Below, in pieces: positions 44,442 to 56,287 of a stretch of 64,000 nt of DNA. Within the stretch, counting starts at the first letter, position 1; each line of letters starts with the position of its first letter. Below the pieces are notes generated by a model. It made no database searches. It was not told the origin of the DNA and worked only from the letters and a program-made list of their open reading frames with translations. Where the stretch lies: the NCBI GenBank assembly GCA_947303085.1, contig CAMYXP010000005.1:71046-135045 (forward strand), given 5' to 3'. The stretch comes from an uncultured Bacteroidales bacterium. Its GTDB lineage: Bacteria > Bacteroidota > Bacteroidia > Bacteroidales > F082. The translations under genes were made by a program, and so were the position numbers.

Positions 44442-45442
44442 ATTACATTGTTGTTATCGGAGACGCGATGAATCGCATCTTTACAGTTATTTAATACAAG
44501 ATAATGGTCTGAAAAGATTGTTTCCACTGCCGCTTCATAATCATCCAAGTGATTGACTTTCTTCACCTTACGCCACACGTTCTGCGGGTCGTCGAAGATG
44601 TTCATCATATATTTCCACAGTTCCTTCATGCTGCCGATGATTTTCGGGCTGCCGCCTGCATGACGCAGACGCTCGACGTATAAATCGACGACAAAATTAT
44701 GAAGGCGCGATTTTTCATCCTGTTGATTATCAATATTTTTGATTTGTTCGGCGAGGAAGGGGTTGGTTAAGAGACCGCGACCGAGCATAATAGAAGAGGA
44801 TAAGATGGATAAGGAGGATAAGATGATGGTGTAACGATCCGTTGTAAAAATATCACCATTGTAAACCAATGGTTTATTGATTTTTGGTACCAATTCCATG
44901 AATTTTTCGAGCGAGGCCTCGCCGGTGTACATCTGTTTCCCGATTCTGGGGTGGATTATTATCTCGCTTAAATTCAATGTGTTAAACGTGTCGATAAAAG
45001 CGTAAATCTCTTCGTCGTTGTAATATCCGAGGCGGCATTTTATGCTGAATTTGATGCCGTCGATGCCATCAAAAACATCGTTCAGCATCTTGATGGTGCG
45101 GTTTGGGTCGGCCATCAGGCCACAGCCACGGGTTTTGTTGGCGACACGAGGAAAAGGGCATCCCATATTCAGGTTAAACTCAGGATATCCCATTGATTTA
45201 CATTGATTTGCAAATCTGATGATTTCCTCGGCGGTGTTGCTTAAAATCTGTGGGACGACATTATTTACATCATTGAACTCGGGACTTATCTCCTCGCCTC
45301 TTAGACTTTTTGAGTTTTCTTTCTGGATTCCGGTGAAAAACGGCGTGTAATATTTGTCGATACCGCGAAAATGCTTCTTGAAGATATTGCGGTAAACCAC
45401 ATCGGTAATCCCTTGGAAAGGCGCAAGACTCAGAGCGTTCAT
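44438..45442 (-). CDS. tRNA-dihydrouridine synthase family protein
   Basis: APFQGITD, NLNMGCP, K.RLG, HPR, NGDI, GRGLL.NP motifs of the Dus family. Confidence 0.8.
   Translation of the reverse strand: MNALSLAPFQGITDVVYRNIFKKHFRGIDKYYTPFFTGIQKENSKSLRGEEISPEFNDVNNVVPQILSNTAEEIIRFANQCKSMGYPEFNLNMGCPFPRVANKTRGCGLMADPNRTIKMLNDVFDGIDGIKFSIKCRLGYYNDEEIYAFIDTFNTLNLSEIIIHPRIGKQMYTGEASLEKFMELVPKINKPLVYNGDIFTTDRYTIILSSLSILSSSIMLGRGLLTNPFLAEQIKNIDNQQDEKSRLHNFVVDLYVERLRHAGGSPKIIGSMKELWKYMMNIFDDPQNVWRKVKKVNHLDDYEAAVETIFSDHYLVLNNCKDAIHRVSDNNNVI
44796..44822 (-). repeat. 9-nt tandem repeat x3 inside the dus-family CDS
   Basis: GAGGATAAG ATGGATAAG GAGGATAAG on the plus strand, read as LSS-LSI-LSS on the minus strand. 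Confidence 0.7.
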
Positions 45443-47067
45443 TTCTTTTTGACTATAAGACGCACCAACGTCAAGGCGAGCAGCATGATGGTGAGAAACA
45501 CCGCCACTTTGTAGATATAATCGCCATAACGCACATAAAACGTGAGTTTATCGTTGGTTTTCAACGTGTTACGCAAGGCGGTCTGTTCCCAATACTTACT
45601 TTGTTCGATTATGTCGCCACGTTGGTTGATAAATCCGGAAATGCCAGTGTTTGCTGATCGAGCCACGCTTCTTCTCGTCTCGATGGCACGCAGTTTGGAG
45701 AATTCGAGATGCTGTTTATGGCCTGGAGTGTTGCCCCACCAGCCGTCGTTGGTGATTACGAAGAGCATGTCGGCGCCTTTTTTCACAAATTCGGTGACGT
45801 ATTCGCCGAACACCGACTCATAGCATATCAAGGTGCCAACTTTATGATTATCAAACGATAACGTCCTGGCTTCGGTGTCTTTTTTCAGTGTTCCTACGGT
45901 GCCGCCAAGATCGAGCGCGCTGTTTTTGAACATACGCATAATCCACCACGAAGGCATTGCCTCGGCACCAGGTGTCAGGCGAGACTTATGGTACAGCTGT
46001 ATCGAATCACTGGTAATCAATGCGGCGGTGTTGTAGGCATAAAAATACTTGTCGGCATCGTAGAATTTGCGTGCTGCGAAGTCGTTTTCCGAGTCGTCGG
46101 GCGCCATGCCGTAAGCGCTGATGCCAATCACATAACAGGTTTGCGGGAAGGTGTCGACAAAACGACGTAACTCTTTGATTGAGAAATATTTATCGATATG
46201 CTCAAGCCAAATACTCTCTTGTATCGCCGACTCCGGACTCACCACGAAACGAGTGTCGTCGGTCACCAGATGTGCCGCGTCGATGAGGTTGCGGTCGATG
46301 ATTTCGGGCGGAGTAAGCGTAAACTCTTCGGTGTAAGGGTCGAGATTAGGTTGAACCACCACGATTTCCACGTCTTCGCCAGTTTCTGAATAAGAATAAT
46401 ATAAAATTTTACCAAGTATCAATGGGAGGAATAAGACTATTAGAATAAGAATAGGATAAAAAACAGGTGATTTCTCCACTCCGCTTCGCTGCGGTCGAAA
46501 TGACGGGAGAGAAACGTCTGGTCGAAATGACAGTAAGTATTTGTAAATCAAAATATTTGCCAAAAGAACCCAGAGGGTGCCGCCAGCGATGCCTGTGAAT
46601 TCGTACCATTGCACCCAGGTGTGGTAGTGCGAGAACACGTTGCCGAGGTTGAGCCACGGCCAGTTGATTTGCCAGTTGAGATGCAGGTATTCGAAGGCTA
46701 ACACAAAGATTATCAAAATGTAATAACCTTTTTTGTTGTCGTAGAGTCGGGTTTTCGCAAAATGATAAGCCCAGAACACACAGGTCATGAAGAGGCTGTT
46801 CAGCAGTATCATCGCGATGGTGCCTTCGGCAGTGGTTTTCCACACCCACCATGTAGTTAGGGCGTTCCAAACGAAAAACGTTATAAACGACAACCAGAAA
46901 ATATTGCCTTTTTCAGGATTTTCACGGTCACCAATCCTGTCTTGAAGATACAGAAGCGGGATAAATGCCACGAAAGCCAGCGGCGCGAGACCTCGCACAG
47001 GCCATGCGGCGGCTATCAGAAGACCGCTTAGCACCGCCAATCCTATCTTTGTAATCGTTTTCATCAC
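45439..47067 (-). CDS. lnt: Apolipoprotein N-acyltransferase
   Basis: N-terminal polytopic region plus C-terminal nitrilase-fold domain (ICYESVF catalytic Cys, NDGWWG). Contains a 63-nt repeat-derived in-frame segment. Confidence 0.85.
   Translation of the reverse strand: MMKTITKIGLAVLSGLLIAAAWPVRGLAPLAFVAFIPLLYLQDRIGDRENPEKGNIFWLSFITFFVWNALTTWWVWKTTAEGTIAMILLNSLFMTCVFWAYHFAKTRLYDNKKGYYILIIFVLAFEYLHLNWQINWPWLNLGNVFSHYHTWVQWYEFTGIAGGTLWVLLANILIYKYLLSFRPDVSLPSFRPQRSGVEKSPVFYPILILIVLFLPLILGKILYYSYSETGEDVEIVVVQPNLDPYTEEFTLTPPEIIDRNLIDAAHLVTDDTRFVVSPESAIQESIWLEHIDKYFSIKELRRFVDTFPQTCYVIGISAYGMAPDDSENDFAARKFYDADKYFYAYNTAALITSDSIQLYHKSRLTPGAEAMPSWWIMRMFKNSALDLGGTVGTLKKDTEARTLSFDNHKVGTLICYESVFGEYVTEFVKKGADMLFVITNDGWWGNTPGHKQHLEFSKLRAIETRRSVARSANTGISGFINQRGDIIEQSKYWEQTALRNTLKTNDKLTFYVRYGDYIYKVAVFLTIMLLALTLVRLIVKKK
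46469..46531 (-). repeat. 63-nt element: one full plus one partial tandem copy of the same family
   Basis: GATTTCTCCACTCCGCTTCGCTGCGGTCGAAATGACG + GGAGAGAAACGTCTGGTCGAAATGAC lies inside lnt. Encodes SFRPDVSLPSFRPQRSGVEKS. Confidence 0.85.
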
Positions 47068-48200
47068 TTGACTCTTAACAGTTTTGACATCTTGAAACTA
47101 TCGTCCAAAAACACTATCGAAGCGTTGGCATTACGCTCGATTTGGTTGATGCTTTCCTCAAAAAGCTCACATATTTGCGCCACATTTCGCATATTAATAA
47201 AAGGTGCGAAGTTTTTGGTGAAGTTTTTCTCGTCGGATGGGAGCATCACCTCATCAGGCATATTATTGTTGAATAACAATGAGTTATGGAAGATATTCAA
47301 GCCATATTCCAAAAATTCCTTTTGTTTTTCACGTCCCAACGGTTTGACGTCGTTAGCCACGAAATCTATCAGTTCGGGCACTGCGCCTTTGAAACAGTAA
47401 CGCATCCATTTCTGGAAGGTGTTGGCATAAAGCTTCTCATCTTCTTGGTCTTTCGCATAACGTTGTGCCAAAATCCAGTTGCCGTTTGCCAATGTTGCGG
47501 CGTCGTAAGCCTCTTGTTCGGTGCATCCAACTCGTTGAACCAGAGCGTTTTGCATTTCATTAAGCTCAAGTTTAGGCACTTTCACCATGACGCAACGCGA
47601 ACGAATTGTCGTAAGCAACTCCTCCTGATGTTCGGCGATAAGTATAAACAGCGTTTTCTCCGGCGGTTCCTCGATAAGTTTCAACAACTTATTGGCGCTC
47701 TGCATGTTAAGTTTCTCAGCCATCCAAATTATCGCTATTTTATATTCGCTTTCGTAGGCTTTGAAACTCAGCTTTCGCATTATCGTGGCGGCGTCGCGCA
47801 CATTGATGATGCCTTGTTTGTTTTCGATTTCGAGTTTGTTGTACCAATCCGACAAGTCTGCATATCCCTGACAATCAGAGAGATACTCACGCCAATCGGC
47901 GATAAACAAGTCAGATTCGGGATTTTGTTTTACTTCTTTGTTTGTCGCCGTCGGGAACACGAAATGCAGGTCGGGATGGGTTAGCGACATAAACTTTTTG
48001 CATGACGGGCAAACGCCGCAACTATCTGATTCTGAACGATTTGTGCAGTTGATATATTGTGCGTAGGCTAATGCGAGAGGCATCTTGCCGCATCCTTCGG
48101 GTCCCAAAAACAGCTGCGCATGAGACACACGACTATCCTTAACGCTCTGAATCAGGCGTTTTTTCAAGTCTTCATGTCCGATTACGTCAGCAAACAACAT
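47064..48200 (-). CDS. holB: DNA polymerase III subunit delta'
   Basis: HAQLFLGPEGCGK P-loop, zinc module CxxCxxC (CGVCPSCKK), SRC motif (TIRSRC). Confidence 0.85.
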   Translation of the reverse strand: MLFADVIGHEDLKKRLIQSVKDSRVSHAQLFLGPEGCGKMPLALAYAQYINCTNRSESDSCGVCPSCKKFMSLTHPDLHFVFPTATNKEVKQNPESDLFIADWREYLSDCQGYADLSDWYNKLEIENKQGIINVRDAATIMRKLSFKAYESEYKIAIIWMAEKLNMQSANKLLKLIEEPPEKTLFILIAEHQEELLTTIRSRCVMVKVPKLELNEMQNALVQRVGCTEQEAYDAATLANGNWILAQRYAKDQEDEKLYANTFQKWMRYCFKGAVPELIDFVANDVKPLGREKQKEFLEYGLNIFHNSLLFNNNMPDEVMLPSDEKNFTKNFAPFINMRNVAQICELFEESINQIERNANASIVFLDDSFKMSKLLRVK

Positions 48201-51200
48201 TATCGCTTGATGATTTTTGTTGTTGAGATATTACCATTGCTGTCAATAGTTCTGACGAAGTAAATTCCGCTTGCGAAACCAGCAACATCAATTGATTCTG
48301 AATTGTTTACGTCTTTTGAAACAACCTTTAAACCAAGAGTGTTGTAGATTTCAACATGCTGAATATCAGCACCTTGCACATAGATGATATCGTTGGCAGG
48401 ATTTGGATAGACCGCCACGCCATTCTCTTCAACAACCGATTCAACATTCAAAATCAAGGTGTTACCAGGGAAAGTCACGTCGTCAAGCCAGCAAACGCTA
48501 GTCGTAGCATCGCCACTTGGAGCGGTATCGAAACGCCATTCTATGGTATGCTGTCCGGCCGACAATTCATACGACACAGCAGCCCAGTCATTTTCACCCG
48601 ACCATTTACTCTTCAATTTACCATCGATGATAATCGCCAGCAAATCCTTGCTTTTTCTTGTATTTGTCTTGATAAAGAATGAAATCTCGCCGTCGGTGGT
48701 GTTTTCCATCTCGATTATCAACGAAGAAATCTGATCTTTAATAAGTTGAGGTGACTGCGCACAAAATGCGCCTGAATGTGTTTCGCTGTCGGTGATAAAC
48801 CAATCGGCATCGCCTGTAAGTCTCCAATTCAGATGCGAGAAATCGCCGGTTTCAAAGTCTTCTCTCACTGTTCCGACGGTCAAAGTGATGCTCTTGCTTG
48901 ACGTATACTGTCCTGTGTTTGCAGTCAGATTTGTTGTAAAGAACGAGCCGTCTGGGGTATCTTCAGAAATATGAATCTCCACACTCACTTCAAAGTCTTC
49001 GCCAACATTCAAATCGTCGAAATGCACGTCATTGCTGATAAATGTGAAGAATTCCGATTCGATAGCTCCATGAATATAAGGATTTTCGGCAACATAATGA
49101 CCAATGTTTTTGCCTCTCATGGTAATGATGAGACTCTCGCCCGCATCAAGGAATCCGTTCATGTTTCCACTCGATTCCTCGTATAATAACTCATTGATTT
49201 TCAACACTGGAGCGCTTGCTCTGAAGAAGATGTTTCTATTCCAAACGTTTGTGCCGTCGGTGCATGAGATAACGAAATCGACGTAAGTGTCGTCAGGGAT
49301 GTCGTTTGCCACGATAATATCGAAAGCATCAGCAATCATTACCGATTCGCCAGCATTGACAGTCCCAATATTCACTGTTGATTTTGCCAAGCTCACATAG
49401 TTGGAAGTCGTTGATAATGTAGCGATTACGTTATTTGCAGCAACATTACCAGCATTTTTGAAATTGACATCCATTGAAATGTTTCTTCCGAAAACGAAAT
49501 CGCCATGAATATCAGTCGCTTGCGGATAAATGTAGGCTGTGTTGTTGTTTATTCCCAAAACCTTTATTGTTTGTGGTAAAGCATTCGGTCCGGTGATGAT
49601 AAGTGTAAGAGTATCAGCGACATTGAGTGCTTCCGGGAACAAGACATCCGCCACGCCGTTGTCGTCGGTCTCGCCGAAAGCGAGGAGGTCGTCGCCATGG
49701 AATATGCTGCAGCGGAAGTTGCTTTGCGCTTCACCTCTTTGTGTGACAATCACTGATGTTTGCGTTGTTCCGAGTGTCAATGCCGAGGCGTAGCTCACTT
49801 CCGGACGGAAAGGCTCGTCGAGCCATGGGCATACTGCCACGTCGCCCAATATATTGAGGTCGTAGTCGTTCCAGCGCAAGCATCCGTTGTCGCCCCAAGG
49901 CGTATTGATGTATGGTGCTGTCGCTATCTTCATCTCCACGAAAGCTGTTCCAATGTAAGGCAAACGGTCGTTGAAATAAGCGTCGACGAACTCACGGTGC
50001 AGGTGTGCCGCCATTCCGTCGTCCCAAGGTGCATACCAACCATAGCGCGAATTACCTGTGGTGGCCACGAAACCCGTCGCGATGTTGACCAAGCGTTCGA
50101 GTATGCAGGTGTGTGTGAAGTCACCGCAGACGCAGCCGTGTGAATGGAAGAAGTTATAGTTATGATGCACGCCGTCGAGTTGCGCGAACGAGTTGTTGGT
50201 GGTGGCATCGACATACCATCCCGCCACGTAGTCGGTGTTGGCGTGACCCACATGGTGCACATATTGTCCGCCATATTTATTGATGGCATTTCTGAAGATT
50301 ATGCCATTCCAGCCTGTCGGGTATTCCTCATAAACCTTGATAAAGTTATAATCTTCAGGGATACCTACGGTAGTATAACCGAAGTCGTCGGAGCCGCCGA
50401 TGATACGTTCAAGGTCGGTGCTGCCATAGTAGCCGTCGCCGAGATGTTCACCGCCCAATATGACATCGTGGAACTCGCCGAGAACAGGGTTGGACTGATA
50501 CTCTAAAGTCTTGTGCATCATATTGTTAAACTGAGTCTCATTGTTGAAAGGCATACGGCCGATGGCCACTTCCGGAAGGAGGTCGTCTTCGCCAACCTCG
50601 CCCCAACGTTCGTCGTTGTCGTCGTTCCAAGTGCCGTCGAGGCAACCGAAATACATATCAGCCGGGAGGTTGTCCTCGTAACCCTCCTGAGCGAAGCAGT
50701 AAAGGGCGCGCCACGGCACCACGTTTGAGTCGCCGCCGAGGAGAACCATCAGAATACCTTCATTAGTATATTCTTGGATGATATAATTACGCATTTTCTC
50801 AGCATTGTCGCGACCTTCGAAGCTATCAAGGATATCTTCCAACGCTGTGACATGAGTGCGGAGACCGCGAGCCTGATAGAACGCGACGTACTCGTCGAAG
50901 TACGGCACCCACTGTTCAGGTGTGATGACGAGCAGTTCGTAGCCACCCACGGTGCGCGAACGGTTTTTGTATGCCTTCACCGCCTCCGGGTTTTGTGCCA
51001 GACGCTCAACACGTTTCTCCACCTCAGGAGTCATCCACAGCTGGTTACTTCTATCTGATTTTGAAGCAGTTACGTCAATTGTGACGGTCACTGATTTAGC
51101 ATACGACACCTTTCCTGTTGCCGGGACGTATCTCACTGGAGTGAACTGCGCAAACGCGAACGAGCAGCCGTTGAGATACTGAGTGTTTACTTTAGAATAC

Positions 51201-51580
51201 GTTATTTGCGGATACGATTCTGATGATCTGTAGAAGTCTTCGTTCTTTGCAAAAACCAGCGGCTCTGTCGACGAGAGCGGTCGGGCTGCCTGTTGTGGAA
51301 GCAGGTTGTAGGTGCCATCAAGCTCCACAAAATCGGCATAATCTACCATAATGCTTTGAGCATCAGTGTTTTGTGGCAAAAGCAACGACACAGCCTGCCA
51401 TGGCAAGGTAGCCTCGCCGACCACACCCTTATTCAAGGTTTTGGCGAATCTTATGACATCATAGCCGTTAACCTCGGTAACCGTAGGGTTATCGAAGTAA
51501 TAGGTTTTCTGCACGGTCTGAGCGAAAGAGAGGGCGCCCAAGACGAATGCGAATACCATTGTTAAGATTAGTTTTTTCAT
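48200..51580 (-). CDS. C25-family (gingipain-like) cysteine peptidase with Ig/CARDB-like and MAM/lectin-like domains and T9SS CTD
   Basis: Signal peptide. LLVITPE...YQARGLRT...VLLGGDSNVVPWR, HVGHAN (His) and HSHGCVCGDF (Cys) regions. C-terminus VYPNPANDIIYVQG...GIYFVRTIDSNGNISTTKIIKR. Confidence 0.75.
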   Translation of the reverse strand: MKKLILTMVFAFVLGALSFAQTVQKTYYFDNPTVTEVNGYDVIRFAKTLNKGVVGEATLPWQAVSLLLPQNTDAQSIMVDYADFVELDGTYNLLPQQAARPLSSTEPLVFAKNEDFYRSSESYPQITYSKVNTQYLNGCSFAFAQFTPVRYVPATGKVSYAKSVTVTIDVTASKSDRSNQLWMTPEVEKRVERLAQNPEAVKAYKNRSRTVGGYELLVITPEQWVPYFDEYVAFYQARGLRTHVTALEDILDSFEGRDNAEKMRNYIIQEYTNEGILMVLLGGDSNVVPWRALYCFAQEGYEDNLPADMYFGCLDGTWNDDNDERWGEVGEDDLLPEVAIGRMPFNNETQFNNMMHKTLEYQSNPVLGEFHDVILGGEHLGDGYYGSTDLERIIGGSDDFGYTTVGIPEDYNFIKVYEEYPTGWNGIIFRNAINKYGGQYVHHVGHANTDYVAGWYVDATTNNSFAQLDGVHHNYNFFHSHGCVCGDFTHTCILERLVNIATGFVATTGNSRYGWYAPWDDGMAAHLHREFVDAYFNDRLPYIGTAFVEMKIATAPYINTPWGDNGCLRWNDYDLNILGDVAVCPWLDEPFRPEVSYASALTLGTTQTSVIVTQRGEAQSNFRCSIFHGDDLLAFGETDDNGVADVLFPEALNVADTLTLIITGPNALPQTIKVLGINNNTAYIYPQATDIHGDFVFGRNISMDVNFKNAGNVAANNVIATLSTTSNYVSLAKSTVNIGTVNAGESVMIADAFDIIVANDIPDDTYVDFVISCTDGTNVWNRNIFFRASAPVLKINELLYEESSGNMNGFLDAGESLIITMRGKNIGHYVAENPYIHGAIESEFFTFISNDVHFDDLNVGEDFEVSVEIHISEDTPDGSFFTTNLTANTGQYTSSKSITLTVGTVREDFETGDFSHLNWRLTGDADWFITDSETHSGAFCAQSPQLIKDQISSLIIEMENTTDGEISFFIKTNTRKSKDLLAIIIDGKLKSKWSGENDWAAVSYELSAGQHTIEWRFDTAPSGDATTSVCWLDDVTFPGNTLILNVESVVEENGVAVYPNPANDIIYVQGADIQHVEIYNTLGLKVVSKDVNNSESIDVAGFASGIYFVRTIDSNGNISTTKIIKR

Positions 51581-51590
51581 GGTTGTTTCA

Positions 51591-53306
51591 TTATGAGTTT
51601 ATCCAAGCTTCAACCTCTTCAAGTTGGAGAGCCGGGACGTCCATTTTTGTTTTCTTTCTTATTCCGTTGAGTTTCTCACGAAGTGCCGAAGGCTTCTCCG
51701 ACTTCATCATGTCGACGGATGTATAGTTTTGTTTTACAAGCACTTCGGCCCACACTTCAGGCACGCCAGCGGCCATGAAGTCTTCCTTCGTAGCCACTTT
51801 CTTGTGGATCTCCGGACGCATCGTCGGGAAGAGAAGCACTTCCTGGATCTGTGTCTGGCCTGTAAGCAGCATCACGAAACGGTCGATGCCGATGCCCATG
51901 CCTGATGTAGGCGGCATGCCGTATTCGAGAGCGCGGAGGAAGTCCTGGTCGATGACCATAGCCTCGTCGTCGCCGCGGCCTGCAAGTTTCATCTGTTCCT
52001 CAAAGCGGGCACGTTGATCGATAGGGTCGTTAAGCTCGGTATAAGCGTTTGCGACCTCTTTGCCGTTGATCATCAGCTCAAAACGCTCGGTAAGCTCAGG
52101 GTTGTTACGATGACGTTTGCAGAGAGGCGACATCTCAACAGGATAATCGGTGATGAACGTCGGCTGGATGTAGTTGCCTTCGCATTTCGCTCCGAATATC
52201 TCATCGATGAGTTTGCCTTTACCCATCGACTCGTCGACTTCGACCTCGAGTTTCTTGCACACCTCACGGAGCTGGGCTTCGTCCATGCCGTTGATGTCGA
52301 TGCCGGTGTTTTCCTTGATGGAGTCGATCATCGAGATACGTTTGAACGGGCGTTTCAGGCTGATTTCCTTGTCACCGACATGCAAGACATCTGTTCCGAG
52401 CACGTCATGAGCGCAGCGGCATATCATCTCTTCGGTGAAGTCCATCATCCAGAGGTAGTCTTTATAGGCGACATATATCTCAAGACAGGTAAACTCCGGG
52501 TTATGAGAGCGGTCCATGCCTTCGTTACGGAAGTTGCGTGAAAACTCATACACGCCGTCGAAGCCGCCCACGATAAGACGTTTCAGGTAAAGCTCATCAG
52601 CGATACGCAGATACATCGGGATGTCCAAAGCGTTGTGATGTGTGATGAACGGACGAGCCGTTGCACCGCCAGGGATGGCCTGCAAAACTGGAGTTTCCAC
52701 TTCAAGATAGCCGCTCTCGTTGAAGAAACGACGGATGCTGTCGATGATGCGTGTACGTTTGATAAAAATATCTTTAACCTTATCGTTGACAACGAGGTCG
52801 ACGTAACGCATACGGTAACGCAGCTCAGGGTCGTTAAACTCGTCGTATTTCACGCCGTCTTTCTCTTTCACGATAGGCAGTGGGCGCAAGCTCTTGCTGA
52901 GCACTGTCATCTCTTTGACGTGGATTGATATCTCACCCATCTGGGTGCGGAACACGAAGCCTTTCACACCGATGAAGTCGCCAATGTCGAGGAGGCGTTT
53001 GAACACCACGTTGTACATTGTCTTGTCCTCGCCCGGGCAAATCTCGTCACGGTTGAGATAAAGTTGAATACGGCCTTGAGCGTCCTGCAGCTCGCAGAAC
53101 GAGGCGGCACCCATGATACGACGGCTCATGATACGGCCGCCTATGCTGACGTTAGCGAATTTCGACGGGTCGCTGTCGTCAAATTGTTCTTTAATCTGTG
53201 TGGTTGTAACATTCACTTCGAACGCAGCCTGTGGGTATGGGTTGATTCCGAGTTTGTAAAGCTCTTGAAGAGAATTTCTTCTAACTTGTTCTTGTTCGCT
53301 TAACAT
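51591..53306 (-). CDS. lysS: Lysine--tRNA ligase (class II)
   Basis: OB anticodon-binding domain, then class II motifs (FRNEG..., GGIGIDR-like [13 protein letters not shown]). Confidence 0.95.
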   Translation of the reverse strand: MLSEQEQVRRNSLQELYKLGINPYPQAAFEVNVTTTQIKEQFDDSDPSKFANVSIGGRIMSRRIMGAASFCELQDAQGRIQLYLNRDEICPGEDKTMYNVVFKRLLDIGDFIGVKGFVFRTQMGEISIHVKEMTVLSKSLRPLPIVKEKDGVKYDEFNDPELRYRMRYVDLVVNDKVKDIFIKRTRIIDSIRRFFNESGYLEVETPVLQAIPGGATARPFITHHNALDIPMYLRIADELYLKRLIVGGFDGVYEFSRNFRNEGMDRSHNPEFTCLEIYVAYKDYLWMMDFTEEMICRCAHDVLGTDVLHVGDKEISLKRPFKRISMIDSIKENTGIDINGMDEAQLREVCKKLEVEVDESMGKGKLIDEIFGAKCEGNYIQPTFITDYPVEMSPLCKRHRNNPELTERFELMINGKEVANAYTELNDPIDQRARFEEQMKLAGRGDDEAMVIDQDFLRALEYGMPPTSGMGIGIDRFVMLLTGQTQIQEVLLFPTMRPEIHKKVATKEDFMAAGVPEVWAEVLVKQNYTSVDMMKSEKPSALREKLNGIRKKTKMDVPALQLEEVEAWINS

Positions 53307-53352
53307 TTCTTATATCTATTTTATATTTATTTTCTTAATGTGTATTTGGGTG

Positions 53353-53360
53353 CAAAGATA
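53353..53360 (-). promoter_or_regulatory. -7 box TATCTTTG for lysS
   Basis: CAAAGATA on the plus strand, 47 nt upstream of the ATG at 53306. Confidence 0.5.
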
Positions 53361-53402
53361 GGGATTTTTTCTGAAAAGTGTACTAATTTTAATATTTTTC
53401 AC

Positions 53403-53410
53403 TATTTTTG
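53403..53410 (+). promoter_or_regulatory. -7 box TATTTTTG for recG
   Basis: 15 nt upstream of the ATG at 53425. Confidence 0.45.
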
Positions 53411-53424
53411 CAAAAACAATTGTG

Positions 53425-55527
<2,103 letters not shown>

Positions 55528-56148
55528 TTACAGTGCCTTAAAAACAAATCCTTGATTTTTATAGTATTCCAAGACTCTTGGCAAAGCTGAAATCATATTA
55601 TTATAAGCTTTGACGCTGTCGTGGAAGGTGACGATGGAGCCGTCGCCAGCGTTTTTGATGACATTCTGATAGACATCTTCATGCGACAATGAGTGATCCC
55701 AGTCGTAGGCGATGACAGTCCAGGCGACAATCTTGAGTTTAGAGTTGAGAGTGTAGAGTTTATAGTTGTTTGAAAAGTTTAGAGTTTTAAGTTTTTTAAG
55801 CTCTGAACGTTTTAATTTTCCATGTGGCGGTCGGAATAAGTTGCTGTGAATCAATTCATTAGCATCATTAAATGATTTGATGTAAGCATTGGTTTTAGTC
55901 TTCCAGCCGTTTTCATGGTTAAAAGTGTGACTGCCGACGGCATGACCTTCTTTTTTGATTAGTTCGAAAGTCTCAGGATATTTTTTCACATTGTTTCCGA
56001 TGCAGAAAAACGTGGCTTTAGCATCGTATCTCTTAAGAATTTCAAGCACTTTCGGCGTTATCAGCGGATGCGGACCGTCATCGAATGTGAGATAAATAGT
56101 CTTCTTGTCTGTCTTCGGCATTTCCCAAAGCAGATAAGGATAGAACAT
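55528..56148 (-). CDS. Polysaccharide deacetylase (CE4/NodB) family protein
   Basis: IYLTFDDGP, HTFNH motifs. Start set at the Met at 56148, because a TATTTTTG box (56186-56193) lies inside the longer ORF version. Confidence 0.75.
   Translation of the reverse strand: MFYPYLLWEMPKTDKKTIYLTFDDGPHPLITPKVLEILKRYDAKATFFCIGNNVKKYPETFELIKKEGHAVGSHTFNHENGWKTKTNAYIKSFNDANELIHSNLFRPPHGKLKRSELKKLKTLNFSNNYKLYTLNSKLKIVAWTVIAYDWDHSLSHEDVYQNVIKNAGDGSIVTFHDSVKAYNNMISALPRVLEYYKNQGFVFKAL
55735..55797 (+). repeat. G/T-rich direct repeats (GTTTAGAGTT-type) inside the polysaccharide deacetylase CDS
   Basis: GAGTTTAGAGTTGAGAGTGTAGAGTTTATAGTTG...AAGTTTAGAGTTTTAAGTTTT. Encodes KLKTLNFSNNYKLYTLNSKLK. Confidence 0.6.
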
Positions 56149-56185
56149 CCTGAAAATCTTTGATGGTTTGACTAATCTCACGATG

Positions 56186-56193
56186 CAAAAATA
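56186..56193 (-). promoter_or_regulatory. -7 box TATTTTTG for the polysaccharide deacetylase gene
   Basis: CAAAAATA on the plus strand, 38 nt upstream of the Met at 56148. Confidence 0.4.
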
Positions 56194-56200
56194 GTAAAAA

Positions 56201-56235
56201 GTTTGGAGTTGGAAGTTTGGAATTGGAAGTTTTTT
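56201..56235 (+). repeat. G/T-rich tandem repeat GTTTGGAGTTGGAAGTTTGGAATTGGAAGTT in the divergent intergenic region
   Basis: Direct inspection. Similar word composition (GTTTRGARTT) to the block at 55735. Confidence 0.6.
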
Positions 56236-56279
56236 AATCAAGGATTTCAATATTTTTTTGTAAATATAAAAGTTTTTAG

Positions 56280-56287
56280 TAATTTTG
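56280..56287 (+). promoter_or_regulatory. -7 box TAATTTTG for gpmA
   Basis: 24 nt upstream of the ATG at 56311. Confidence 0.5.

Noticed and set aside
51591-51800. C-terminal ~70-aa extension on LysS.
   Set aside because: As far as I recall, a LysS of about 570-580 aa with such a tail is the normal form in Bacteroidota. It shows no repeat-derived DNA.
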